Shown here piece by piece: positions 49,374 through 58,266 of a stretch of 64,000 nucleotides of DNA. This DNA comes from Saprospiraceae bacterium (lineage in GTDB: Bacteria; Bacteroidota; Bacteroidia; Chitinophagales; Saprospiraceae): positions 1,433 to 65,432 of the forward strand of contig JBBKXT010000197.1 of assembly GCA_037969625.1 (NCBI GenBank). Direction: 5' to 3'. Below the pieces are notes generated by a model that was not told the DNA's origin, did not search any database, and worked only from the letters and a program-made list of their open reading frames with translations. The first letter of the stretch is position 1; every line of letters starts with the position of its first letter. The translations under genes were made by a program, and so were the position numbers.

Positions 49374-50894
49374 ATGACCGCTTTAATTATTGGATTAAGT
49401 ATTCTGCTTTTAGTGATCGTAATCTTACAGATCAGTAAGTTGACAGATTTATATGCCCGCATTCGCGGAGAAGAGGAAGTGGATATTCGCCTCAATCGCA
49501 ATCAGGGAAATGCCATGATGTTATTCCTGGTAGGTTTTCTGGTGCTTTGCGTTGTCTCTGCCTATTGGTGGAAGAACTACATGATGGGCTATGGACCCCA
49601 CCAATCTGCATCGGCGCATGGAGTTACGTTGGATAGCTTGTTCAATGTGACATTATTTTTCACAGGAATCGTGTTTGTGCTCACACACATCGCTTTATTT
49701 TATTTTGCCTGGAGATATAAGAAGACGAAGACTTCTAAAGCTACACACTGGTCACACAATAATACACTTGAAATCGTTTGGTCAGCGATCCCGGCGGTGG
49801 TGATGACCTACCTTGTGATCAAAGGTCTATTGGCATGGAATGCGGTCATGGCTGATATACAGCCGGGAGAAGATCATATTGAAATCGAAGCGACCGGATA
49901 TCAGTTTGCCTGGCATCTAAGATATCCTGGCCCTGATGGAATAATTGGACCAAGAGATTTTACAAAAATTTCAGCATCCAACCCATTAGGACAAGTTTGG
50001 ACAGACCCTTTGAATCATGATGATTTTCATCCGGATGAATTATGGCTTCCGGTTGGTAAAAAAGTGCGTGTGCGAATTATCGCTAGAGATGTATTGCACA
50101 ATTTTTATCTGCCTCATTTCAGAGTTAAAATGGATGCCGTACCAGGACTACCAACCTATTTCGTTTTTACACCGGAAAAGACAACGGAAGATTATCGAAA
50201 TGAGTTGCGCAATTACCCAGAATACAACGTGCCAAAAGATCCTAAAGATCCGGATAGTAAAATGTTATGGGAAACGTTCAACTACGAACTAGCCTGTGCG
50301 GAACTCTGCGGAAAAAGTCACTATAGTATGCGTAGAATTGTTCGTATTGTGTCTCAGGAAGAGTATGATGTTTGGATATCAAAACAACAATCATACTATG
50401 AGTCGATCATTCGCAACACAGATGATGATCCAAATAAAGGACAGTTGCTGGTCTATGAAATTGACAGAAATCGAAAAGCATTAAATATGGCTGTTGATAA
50501 AGCCTTAGTCGATGCAGGCATTCCGATGACGGCTGAAGAAAAAGCAGCATTGAGGCTGATCCGATTAGATTTTGTTGGTTTTGAGACGGGATCTGATGTG
50601 CTGACATCTGAGTCTGCCAGTCAGGTAGACGATCTTATAAGTATTATGAACAGATACCCGGATATTTCTATTGAAGTAGAAGGGCATACGGATGACATAG
50701 GTGATGCAGACACCAATAAAGCATTGTCTCAAAAACGAGCAGAGGCAATCAAGAGTTACATGATTGGGAAAGGGATAGGTGAAAGCCGTGTAATGGCCAT
50801 TGGCTACGGATCATCACGACCAATAGAATCAAATGATACTGACGAAGGTCGTCAGAAGAATAGAAGAACACAATTTAGAATTATATCCAACTAA
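49374..50894 (+). CDS. coxB: Cytochrome c oxidase subunit II with a C-terminal OmpA-like domain
   Basis: 506 aa with three N-terminal TM helices and the CuA site HNFYLPH...CAELCGKSHYSM. There is no CxxCH. The C-terminal 110 aa or so match OmpA_C (GHTDDIGDADTNKALSQKRAEAI...GYGSSRP...NRRTQF). Confidence 0.9.
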   Translation: MTALIIGLSILLLVIVILQISKLTDLYARIRGEEEVDIRLNRNQGNAMMLFLVGFLVLCVVSAYWWKNYMMGYGPHQSASAHGVTLDSLFNVTLFFTGIVFVLTHIALFYFAWRYKKTKTSKATHWSHNNTLEIVWSAIPAVVMTYLVIKGLLAWNAVMADIQPGEDHIEIEATGYQFAWHLRYPGPDGIIGPRDFTKISASNPLGQVWTDPLNHDDFHPDELWLPVGKKVRVRIIARDVLHNFYLPHFRVKMDAVPGLPTYFVFTPEKTTEDYRNELRNYPEYNVPKDPKDPDSKMLWETFNYELACAELCGKSHYSMRRIVRIVSQEEYDVWISKQQSYYESIIRNTDDDPNKGQLLVYEIDRNRKALNMAVDKALVDAGIPMTAEEKAALRLIRLDFVGFETGSDVLTSESASQVDDLISIMNRYPDISIEVEGHTDDIGDADTNKALSQKRAEAIKSYMIGKGIGESRVMAIGYGSSRPIESNDTDEGRQKNRRTQFRIISN

Positions 50895-50906
50895 TAATAG
50901 ACGACT

Positions 50907-52763
50907 ATGTCATCTTCACAGCAGCAGGAAACCGATGTTCTGATCAATGAGCAAGGATATGATGATCACTTTCATGAGCATCATCATGGTGATAAATACC
51001 AATCAAATTTTATCACCCATTATATCTTTAGCCAGGATCATAAGATCATAGCACGCCAGTTTCTCATTACAGGAATTATCTGGGCGATTATAGGAGCCGG
51101 GATGAGTATTATTTTCCGACTTCAATTGGGTTTTCCAGATGACAGTATGGCTTGGTTAAAGCCATTATTAGGAAAATGGATTACAATCAATGATGCCGGA
51201 CATGGTGCATTGAATCCTGAATTTTATTACGCTCTCGTGACGATGCACGGAACGATCATTGTGTTCTTTGTATTGACTGCCGGTTTGAGCGGAACATTTG
51301 CCAACCTTTTGATTCCATACCAAATAGGTGCAAGAGATATGGCCTCGCCATTTCTTAATATGCTTTCCTATTGGTTTTTCTTTTTGGCCAGTGTGGTCAT
51401 GTTTATTTCTTTGTTTTTAAGTACAGGACCGTTTTCAGGAGGATGGACGGCCTATCCACCACTCAGTGCTTTACCTGAAGCCAGTGTCGGCTCCGGGGCC
51501 GGTATGACCTTGTGGCTAGTGAGTCTGGTCTTCTTTGTGGTTTCTGTACTCTTAGGAGGTATTAATTATGTGACTACAGTACTTAACTTGAGAACAAAGG
51601 GTATGAATTTGTGGCGTATGCCTTTGACTGTTTGGGCTTTGTTGGTCACAGCGATTCTCGGTATTCTATCTTTCCCGGTTCTGGTCTCCGGATTCTTCCT
51701 CTTGATTTTCGATAGAGGCATGGGTACCAGTTTCTATCTGAGTGAGATTTTTGTCAATGGGGCAGCACTCCAAAATGTTGGGGGTAGTCCGATTTTATAC
51801 CAGCATTTATTCTGGTTCCTCGGGCACCCTGAAGTTTATATTATTATTCTTCCCGCGATGGGTTTAACCAGTGAGGTTTTATCCGTGCATGCGCGCAAGC
51901 CAATTTTTGGTTACAAGGCGATGGTTTATTCTCTCCTTGCGATCGGTTTCTTGTCGTTTATCGTATGGGCACACCACATGTTTATGTCCGGTGTAAATCC
52001 ATTTATTTCTAATTTCTTTGTCGTTTTCACCTTGATTATCGCGGTACCTTCTGCGGTCAAAGTATTCAACTGGATTTCGACATTGTATAAAGGAAATATC
52101 CGATTCACCTCAGGGATGCTATTTGCGATCGGATTTGTTTCAATGTTTATCTCTGGAGGTCTCACAGGTATTTTCCTTGGTAACTCAGCGATTGATATTC
52201 AATTGCACGATACTTATTTCGTGGTTGCACACTTCCACATAGTGATGGGGATAGCAGCGTTTTTTGGCATGTTTGCCGGTGTCTATCATTGGTTCCCACG
52301 TATGTATGGTCGGTTTATGAATGAAACTTTAGGTCGAATTCATTTCTGGATGACCATCGTTGGAGCCTATGCGATTTTTTGGCCGATGCACTATATTGGA
52401 ATGGCCGGAGTGCCAAGACGATATTATCGCTTTGATACATTTGACGCCTTTGGACACTTCAGTGGCATCAATGAGTTTATTACGATTGCAGCGATCGTGA
52501 CCTTTGGCGCCCAGCTCTTGTTTGTATTTAATTTCTTTTACAGCATTTGGTACGGTAAAAAGATGACTACCAAGAATCCATGGGGTGCCACAACGCTTGA
52601 ATGGACGACACCTATCAAAGCAGGGCATGGTAACTGGCCGGACAAATTACCTACAGTACACAGATGGGCTTATGATTATAGTAAGGAGGGAGCTGAAAAA
52701 GACTTCATTCAGCAGCATTTGCCATTAACGGATAAAGAAAAAGCTGAAGAAGCTAATCATTAA
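50907..52763 (+). CDS. ctaD: Cytochrome c oxidase subunit I
   Basis: 618 aa, canonical haem-copper oxidase subunit I (WFLGHPEVYIIILP, HHMF, VAHFH). Confidence 0.97.
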   Translation: MSSSQQQETDVLINEQGYDDHFHEHHHGDKYQSNFITHYIFSQDHKIIARQFLITGIIWAIIGAGMSIIFRLQLGFPDDSMAWLKPLLGKWITINDAGHGALNPEFYYALVTMHGTIIVFFVLTAGLSGTFANLLIPYQIGARDMASPFLNMLSYWFFFLASVVMFISLFLSTGPFSGGWTAYPPLSALPEASVGSGAGMTLWLVSLVFFVVSVLLGGINYVTTVLNLRTKGMNLWRMPLTVWALLVTAILGILSFPVLVSGFFLLIFDRGMGTSFYLSEIFVNGAALQNVGGSPILYQHLFWFLGHPEVYIIILPAMGLTSEVLSVHARKPIFGYKAMVYSLLAIGFLSFIVWAHHMFMSGVNPFISNFFVVFTLIIAVPSAVKVFNWISTLYKGNIRFTSGMLFAIGFVSMFISGGLTGIFLGNSAIDIQLHDTYFVVAHFHIVMGIAAFFGMFAGVYHWFPRMYGRFMNETLGRIHFWMTIVGAYAIFWPMHYIGMAGVPRRYYRFDTFDAFGHFSGINEFITIAAIVTFGAQLLFVFNFFYSIWYGKKMTTKNPWGATTLEWTTPIKAGHGNWPDKLPTVHRWAYDYSKEGAEKDFIQQHLPLTDKEKAEEANH

Positions 52764-53662
52764 TGAAAGTAAAAGAACAGGCACAGGTTAGAACAGCGTC
52801 AATTACGCTTAAGGATTGGATCCAGGACTTTAGTCTGCTGGTTAAATTCCGATTAAGCACATTTGTCGTTTTCTCTTCATTGGTGGCATACATCATTGCG
52901 GCTGGCTCGTCCTTTGCTACCATACCCTTTGTGATTTTGATGGCAGGTGGTTTTTTAATCACTTTTGCCGCTAATATTTTTAATGAAATTCTGGAAGCCG
53001 ATTATGATCGGATGATGGAACGAACGGCTAACAGACCATTGGCCGCTCAAAGAATGACACCCTCATCAGCGTTGGTTTTAGCCGGTGTCTTTTCCATTTT
53101 TGGCATTGTACTCTTAGCCTTATTGAACCCATTAACATCTTTTATTGGCACCTTGTCATTGGTGACATACGCATTTTTGTATACACCACTCAAGCGCTAT
53201 AGCCCAATATCAGTAGTGGTAGGAGCCATTCCAGGCGCATTACCGGTACTCATCGGGATGATTGCGCATGATGGGTTTCTTACTTCAGCAGCCTTGTTTC
53301 TTTTTGCTATTCAATTCATTTGGCAGTTTCCTCACTTCTGGGCCATCGGATTTTTATCCTATGATCAATATCAGAAGGCAGGGTATAAGTTATTACCTGA
53401 AGACAATAATACGATTGACAGAAGATTGGGTTCACAGACGTTGGTTTATACCTGTCTGCTGTTACCGGTGATCGCCATTGGTTATGTCATGGGCTTGATT
53501 TCTTTAGTAGGATCTATTGGATTAACAATGGTGTCAGGTTATTTTATATGGAAAGCCTGGCAGTTTTATACAGCTTTTGATAAAGACAGTGCACGCGCAC
53601 TGATGTTTTCATCCTTCATATTTCTACCATTAGCACTTTTCGCTATGTGGTGGGGAATGTAG
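52763..53662 (+). CDS. cyoE: Protohaem IX farnesyltransferase (haem O synthase)
   Basis: 299 aa UbiA-superfamily protein with NEILEADYDRMMERTANRP. Its start overlaps the coxI stop by 1 nt. Confidence 0.92.
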   Translation: MKVKEQAQVRTASITLKDWIQDFSLLVKFRLSTFVVFSSLVAYIIAAGSSFATIPFVILMAGGFLITFAANIFNEILEADYDRMMERTANRPLAAQRMTPSSALVLAGVFSIFGIVLLALLNPLTSFIGTLSLVTYAFLYTPLKRYSPISVVVGAIPGALPVLIGMIAHDGFLTSAALFLFAIQFIWQFPHFWAIGFLSYDQYQKAGYKLLPEDNNTIDRRLGSQTLVYTCLLLPVIAIGYVMGLISLVGSIGLTMVSGYFIWKAWQFYTAFDKDSARALMFSSFIFLPLALFAMWWGM

Positions 53663-53688
53663 CATAAAAATTAATTGCATTGAGTACG

Positions 53689-54267
53689 ATGAGTAATAGC
53701 GGCATATTAACACACAAAGGGAAACGAGGCATCCATCCTCCGCTCTTCGCTTTGTGGGCGGCTATGGCCAGTATTGTGATGATGTTTGGCTCATTGACCA
53801 GTGCTTATATCGTTCGACAAGCCGCCGGCAATTGGTTAGAGTTTCAGATGCCGGACATATTTTTTTATAGTACGGTGACCATCCTAATCAGTAGTGTGAC
53901 ACTACATGCGAGTTACTGGGCATATCGTAATGGCAAAGCAACCATTTATCGTTTGTTTTTACCGGTTACGCTAATATTGGGGATTGCTTTTGTCATGATG
54001 CAATATCAAGGATGGAACGATCTGTACGCAATCGGTGTGGCGCTTGATGGAAATCCGGGAGGATCATTCTTTTATTTGATTTCCGGAGTGCATGCGGCGC
54101 ATATTGTTGGCGGAATTTTTGCCCTTACGGTAGCCGCTTTATACGCTTTTACATTACCCTATAATTATACAGAAAAGAGAAGAAGGAGGTTTCAATTAGT
54201 CTTGCATTATTGGCATTTTGTTGATATCCTCTGGGTTTATCTCTTTTTGTTCTTATTGTTCCAATGA
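53689..54267 (+). CDS. Cytochrome c oxidase subunit III family protein (short form)
   Basis: The start is ATG at 53689 or TTG at 53680. It has five TM helices and the C-terminal HYWHFVDILW motif of the Cox3 family. Confidence 0.85.
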   Translation: MSNSGILTHKGKRGIHPPLFALWAAMASIVMMFGSLTSAYIVRQAAGNWLEFQMPDIFFYSTVTILISSVTLHASYWAYRNGKATIYRLFLPVTLILGIAFVMMQYQGWNDLYAIGVALDGNPGGSFFYLISGVHAAHIVGGIFALTVAALYAFTLPYNYTEKRRRRFQLVLHYWHFVDILWVYLFLFLLFQ

Positions 54268-54280
54268 TATTTTTAGATAG

Positions 54281-55306
54281 ATGAATACAGATACCACAGA
54301 CGTTAAGCATACAGACCACGATACCACTGCAAATGGGAGTTGGGAAGGCGCGGCACAACCGTTTAAAGTAGGCTACGGCAAACTAATGATCTGGTACTTC
54401 TTGTTATCAGATGCCTTTACGTTTGCTGGATTCTTGATCGCATATGGAACCTTGCGTTTTAGCATGCCGAGTTGGCCGGTACCGGATTTTGTTTTTAGTA
54501 CATTCCCATTCCTCGATGGAACCCATCCATTGTTGTTCGTAACCTTTATGACATTCGTACTCCTCTTTAGTTCGTTTACAATGATCCGAGCGGTACAGGA
54601 AGGCCATCGCGAAAACCGTCGTGGGGTCGCCATATGGATGGGATTGACAATCGTAGGGGGATTGGGATTCCTTGGCTGTCAGGCTTGGGAGTGGACAACA
54701 CTGATAGGCGGTGAGCATATGAGCTTAACGACTAATCCATTTGGCACCCACACCACTTCAGGTGTTTATTTGAATGCAGATGGAACTCCTTCAGAGGATA
54801 CATTTGAGGCGGGTCAAACGTATTTGATTCATCGGATGCATCTGGCGGAAGCACATGATCTGGCGGATACGCACGCAGGAGATCATGGAGGTCATGGAGA
54901 GGCGCCTGAAGCGGCCGCTCATGATGATCATGCAGCGGAGGATCACGGAGATGCACATGGCGGTCATGCGTATGCAGGCACGGGAGATTATCCTGATGCG
55001 GTAGTAGATGAGCGCGGGTATATCCACAGAAAGTATGTACCGGCGGACGGCGAAAATGCAGGTAAAACAATGCATGAAGCGTTTGGACCTAAAGCGTTTG
55101 GTGCTTTGTTCTTCTTTATCACCGGATTCCATGGATTTCACGTTTTATCAGGTGTTGCTTTTCTTCTAATTATATTAATAAATGTATTGAGTGGACTATA
55201 TGTCAATAGAAAGAATGGAAATGAAATGGTGGAAAAAATTGGACTTTACTGGCACTTTGTCGATTTAGTCTGGGTATTTGTTTTCCTTGTTTTTTACCTT
55301 CTTTAA
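54281..55306 (+). CDS. ctaE: Cytochrome c oxidase subunit III (long form with a His/Asp-rich inserted loop)
   Basis: 341 aa with Cox3 motifs (GFHGFHVLSG, LYWHFVDLVW). A soluble insertion of about 120 aa at 54720-55095 contains AHDLADTHAGDHGGHGEAPEAAAHDDHAAEDHGDAHGGHA. Confidence 0.88.
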   Translation: MNTDTTDVKHTDHDTTANGSWEGAAQPFKVGYGKLMIWYFLLSDAFTFAGFLIAYGTLRFSMPSWPVPDFVFSTFPFLDGTHPLLFVTFMTFVLLFSSFTMIRAVQEGHRENRRGVAIWMGLTIVGGLGFLGCQAWEWTTLIGGEHMSLTTNPFGTHTTSGVYLNADGTPSEDTFEAGQTYLIHRMHLAEAHDLADTHAGDHGGHGEAPEAAAHDDHAAEDHGDAHGGHAYAGTGDYPDAVVDERGYIHRKYVPADGENAGKTMHEAFGPKAFGALFFFITGFHGFHVLSGVAFLLIILINVLSGLYVNRKNGNEMVEKIGLYWHFVDLVWVFVFLVFYLL

Positions 55307-55360
55307 TTGATTTGCACACGAAGTAATCCACCAAAAAAATATTGATTTAAATAATTATCA

Positions 55361-55720
55361 ATGGCACACGAATATTCTGCAGCAAAAAAAATCGCCACAA
55401 AGACGATTATCATATTAGCGATCGTAACGATTCTTGAAGTGCTTGTAGCACTTACCGGAAAAGGGTATATCATCGAAGGACTTCATTTCACCCCTTGGAT
55501 TATGAACCTGACCATGATTGCGATGAGTTTGTATAAAGCTTATCTTATTGTGTATGAATTTATGCACATGAAGTATGAAGCAAAAGGACTTAAGCTCAGC
55601 GTCGTCTTACCTACCTGTTTGTTGATATGGGCAGTGATTGCATTTCTGTATGAAGGACATGCCTGGAAGAATAATCGAGATACCGTCACTGAGCGATCTA
55701 AAGTTGAGGTAGTCGAGTAG
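55361..55720 (+). CDS. Cytochrome c oxidase subunit IV family small membrane protein
   Basis: 119 aa with three TM helices, at the conserved position after Cox3. Confidence 0.7.
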   Translation: MAHEYSAAKKIATKTIIILAIVTILEVLVALTGKGYIIEGLHFTPWIMNLTMIAMSLYKAYLIVYEFMHMKYEAKGLKLSVVLPTCLLIWAVIAFLYEGHAWKNNRDTVTERSKVEVVE

Positions 55721-55822
55721 GTCGATTAATGACAATACTCCGAAAGTCAATTTTGGTTCTTTCGTAAAGGCTGATTTTTTGATTTGCTTACTTGTTTTCA
55801 AGTTTGATTAATATTTTTCCAA

Positions 55823-56407
55823 ATGTCAAGGAAGTTTGTAATTACGATTGTTTTAATCCTCTTCCTATTGCCATTTGTTTCGTGGTATTATCTGCAGTCC
55901 GGATTGGACTGGCGCAAGGATGCCCAGGATATAATGAACGGCACCATAGCCTTCCCTGAAGGTGAATTTGTGGATACCGACGGAGATATATTTAATTTAG
56001 ATAGTATTGCCTTCCGAGTATCCATCGTTTGTTTTGCCTCTTGTGCGGAGGACAATGATGATAGAGAAACGGTCCTCAATGATATCTTCAATCAGTTTAA
56101 AGACACTAAAAAAGCCAATTTTATTGTTCTGGATTCCTGCCAGATGGACGTTTCTCAACCGCTTCTAAGTGAACAAGACAAAGTATTTACGATCCAGTGT
56201 TCATCTTCCACTCCGCTCTGTAAGAATTTAAAAGCAGATTGGCCCGAAGACAAAGTGTTTGCTCTGGTAGATCGCAAGGGAATCATCAGAAGCTATTATG
56301 CGATCAGCACAGATGATGAGAAGCGTACGTTGGTTGAGCATATGTCACTTTTGCTCCCAAGAGAGCGTCAGGAGAAAGTGGAACTGAAAAGAGGCGACAA
56401 GAAATGA
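55823..56407 (+). CDS. Membrane-anchored thioredoxin-fold protein, divergent SCO1/SenC-like
   Basis: 194 aa with an N-terminal TM helix. CFASC (CxxxC) sits where SCO proteins carry CPxxCP, and LVDRKGIIRSYY resembles the SCO beta-hairpin. I do not see the conserved Cu-ligand His. It occupies the position where SCO usually lies in cox clusters. Confidence 0.45.
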   Translation: MSRKFVITIVLILFLLPFVSWYYLQSGLDWRKDAQDIMNGTIAFPEGEFVDTDGDIFNLDSIAFRVSIVCFASCAEDNDDRETVLNDIFNQFKDTKKANFIVLDSCQMDVSQPLLSEQDKVFTIQCSSSTPLCKNLKADWPEDKVFALVDRKGIIRSYYAISTDDEKRTLVEHMSLLLPRERQEKVELKRGDKK

Positions 56408-56937
56408 TCGACACAATAAATCATAAGCAAATAAAGAAACTGAACCGGCTGGCCTGGGTTCTGACGATTATTGTCTGGTTGTTGGTTGGGGCGATGCGCC
56501 GATATAAATTTGATGTCGGATTTGATTTAAGTTTTTTAGCCGGATTGAATGCTTTGTTTAATACCGGTGTTACCTTTGCGTTGTTGACCGCTTTTTATTT
56601 CATCAAACAAGGAAAAGTTGATCTGCATCGTAGAAGTATTTTTATTGCGATGTTCCTCTCAGCAGGCTTTTTGCTATCGTATGTTGGGTATCATTTCACG
56701 ACGGAGGAGATTGTTTTTTGCAAAGAGGGATATGTGCGTAAAGCCTATTATTTTATTCTGTTCAGTCATATCATTTTGGCGGGATTAAGCTTGCCTTTTA
56801 TCTTGTTGACATTTGTAAGAGGATACTGTGGCGATTATAAAACACATCGAAAAATGGCCAGATGGGTTTTTCCTGTATGGCTCTATGTAGCCGCCACCGG
56901 ACCGATCATTTATTTAATGTTGTTTCCGTGCAGATAA
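56404..56937 (+). CDS. DUF420 family membrane protein (cox-cluster associated)
   Basis: 177 aa with 4-5 TM helices and a 4-nt overlap with the upstream gene. Its size and position are typical of DUF420. Confidence 0.7.
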   Translation: MIDTINHKQIKKLNRLAWVLTIIVWLLVGAMRRYKFDVGFDLSFLAGLNALFNTGVTFALLTAFYFIKQGKVDLHRRSIFIAMFLSAGFLLSYVGYHFTTEEIVFCKEGYVRKAYYFILFSHIILAGLSLPFILLTFVRGYCGDYKTHRKMARWVFPVWLYVAATGPIIYLMLFPCR

Positions 56938-56960
56938 TTAGCGAGTAATTCACTATTTTT

Positions 56961-57230
56961 ATGACAATGAAACGCATCTATCGATATACATTTATTTTGA
57001 TGTTGGCTATCGGTGCCATGATGTATGCACCCGAAGCACAGGCCCAATGCCCTATGTGCAAAATGTCCGCTGAGTCCAATCTTAAGAATGGTGGTAGCGC
57101 CGGGAAGGGATTGAATGCCGGTATTCTGTATATGCTCGCGTTACCTTATACCCTAGTCGGTACCCTCGGATTCATCTGGTGGAGAAATAATCGCCGCAAG
57201 GAGGAAGATGAGGTAGAAGTGCTTCCGTAG
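56961..57230 (+). CDS. Hypothetical small secreted/membrane protein
   Basis: 89 aa with a signal peptide, a CPMC motif, a C-terminal TM helix and a basic/acidic tail. It is the last gene of the respiratory block. Confidence 0.55.
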   Translation: MTMKRIYRYTFILMLAIGAMMYAPEAQAQCPMCKMSAESNLKNGGSAGKGLNAGILYMLALPYTLVGTLGFIWWRNNRRKEEDEVEVLP

Positions 57231-57389
57231 GTCTCTTTGGTTTATGCTGTAAGGTTGAAGGGTTAAAAGATTAGTAGGTTAAGCTTAATAACTCACCACT
57301 CACCACTCACTTCTCCCCCCTCCCCTCTAAAAAAAGAGTGCACCGATTCCTCAATGCACCCTCCCGATCCTCATGAAAAATTTTACCAT

Positions 57390-58094
57390 TTAAAAGTTCA
57401 TGGTGAAGCCAATGCCGGCAGACATACCATGTGACTTGATTTTTATGTTGGTAATGTTGTCCTGAAACATATCATTTAGACTATGTCGGTAAGTCAGATC
57501 AAAATGAAATGATCCCATTTCTTCTACAGGAATACTCACTCCGGCGCCAACCAGGGCAGAAATATCAAGCTGATTGTACCTATCGTTTTTTAGATTGATA
57601 TTGATTTTAGGCAAATTCCAGTTGATAATCGCATTTACTTTAGGAGTGATAGTTCCATTGAAAGCGTAGCCCGCAGAAGCACCAGCTTTTACATAAGGGG
57701 TCACTCCCTTTTCCACGAAATGGTATTTAGCCACTAAGGGAACTTCAATATATTCGATTCGTGTTTCTATTTGTGCACCAACCGGAAGTTCAAGGCCAAA
57801 CACATTTATATTGAAGTCTTCACGTGCTCCAAAACCTCTTGAGGCATACTGTGCACCGGATAGAACACGCAGATGGTTTGATAACGCTCGTTCATACTGA
57901 ATTCCGGCGGTGTACTGTGCTATTGGCTTGATGTAAGGATTGATCACATCATAAAACGGTGCACCGGTTACCTGAATATTTGTCGTGCCAAATCCGGCAT
58001 GAGCGGTGAGGTAAGACTGAGCAAGCATTTGGTGATTGAAAAAGAAAACAATTGCACCAACGCTCAGCAATCGAAGTTTTAGATTCGCTTTCAT
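57390..58094 (-). CDS. Outer-membrane beta-barrel (porin family) protein
   Basis: 234 aa with a signal peptide, an alternating amphipathic beta pattern and a C-terminal ...GFTMNF aromatic terminus. Confidence 0.75.
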   Translation of the reverse strand: MKANLKLRLLSVGAIVFFFNHQMLAQSYLTAHAGFGTTNIQVTGAPFYDVINPYIKPIAQYTAGIQYERALSNHLRVLSGAQYASRGFGAREDFNINVFGLELPVGAQIETRIEYIEVPLVAKYHFVEKGVTPYVKAGASAGYAFNGTITPKVNAIINWNLPKININLKNDRYNQLDISALVGAGVSIPVEEMGSFHFDLTYRHSLNDMFQDNITNIKIKSHGMSAGIGFTMNF

Positions 58095-58211
58095 GGCTAA
58101 ATGTTTTTGTTACCAGGATGACGCCATGAATCATCACATCGTTTCGTAAGAATCCGTTAAGAAGAATTAATAGAAACTTAATATTATCAGATGGCAAATT
58201 ACCATATGAGC

Positions 58212-58252
58212 AAAAAAAAAGGCTGCTTCTTTTCAGAAACAGCCTTTTTTTT
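58212..58252. terminator. Bidirectional rho-independent terminator
   Basis: An A9 run, then a ggctgcttc...gaaacagcc hairpin with one mismatch, then a T8 run. It lies 15 nt past the stop of the minus-strand gene ending at 58267. Confidence 0.75.
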
Positions 58253-58266
58253 AACGTAAATCGTTC

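Noticed and set aside
54373-55141. Four overlapping minus-strand ORFs (86-116 aa) opposite the long coxIII gene.
   Set aside because: They arise from the GC-rich, repetitive His/Asp/Ala/Gly codons of the coxIII insertion read in antisense. The sense-strand gene has clear Cox3 motifs on both sides.
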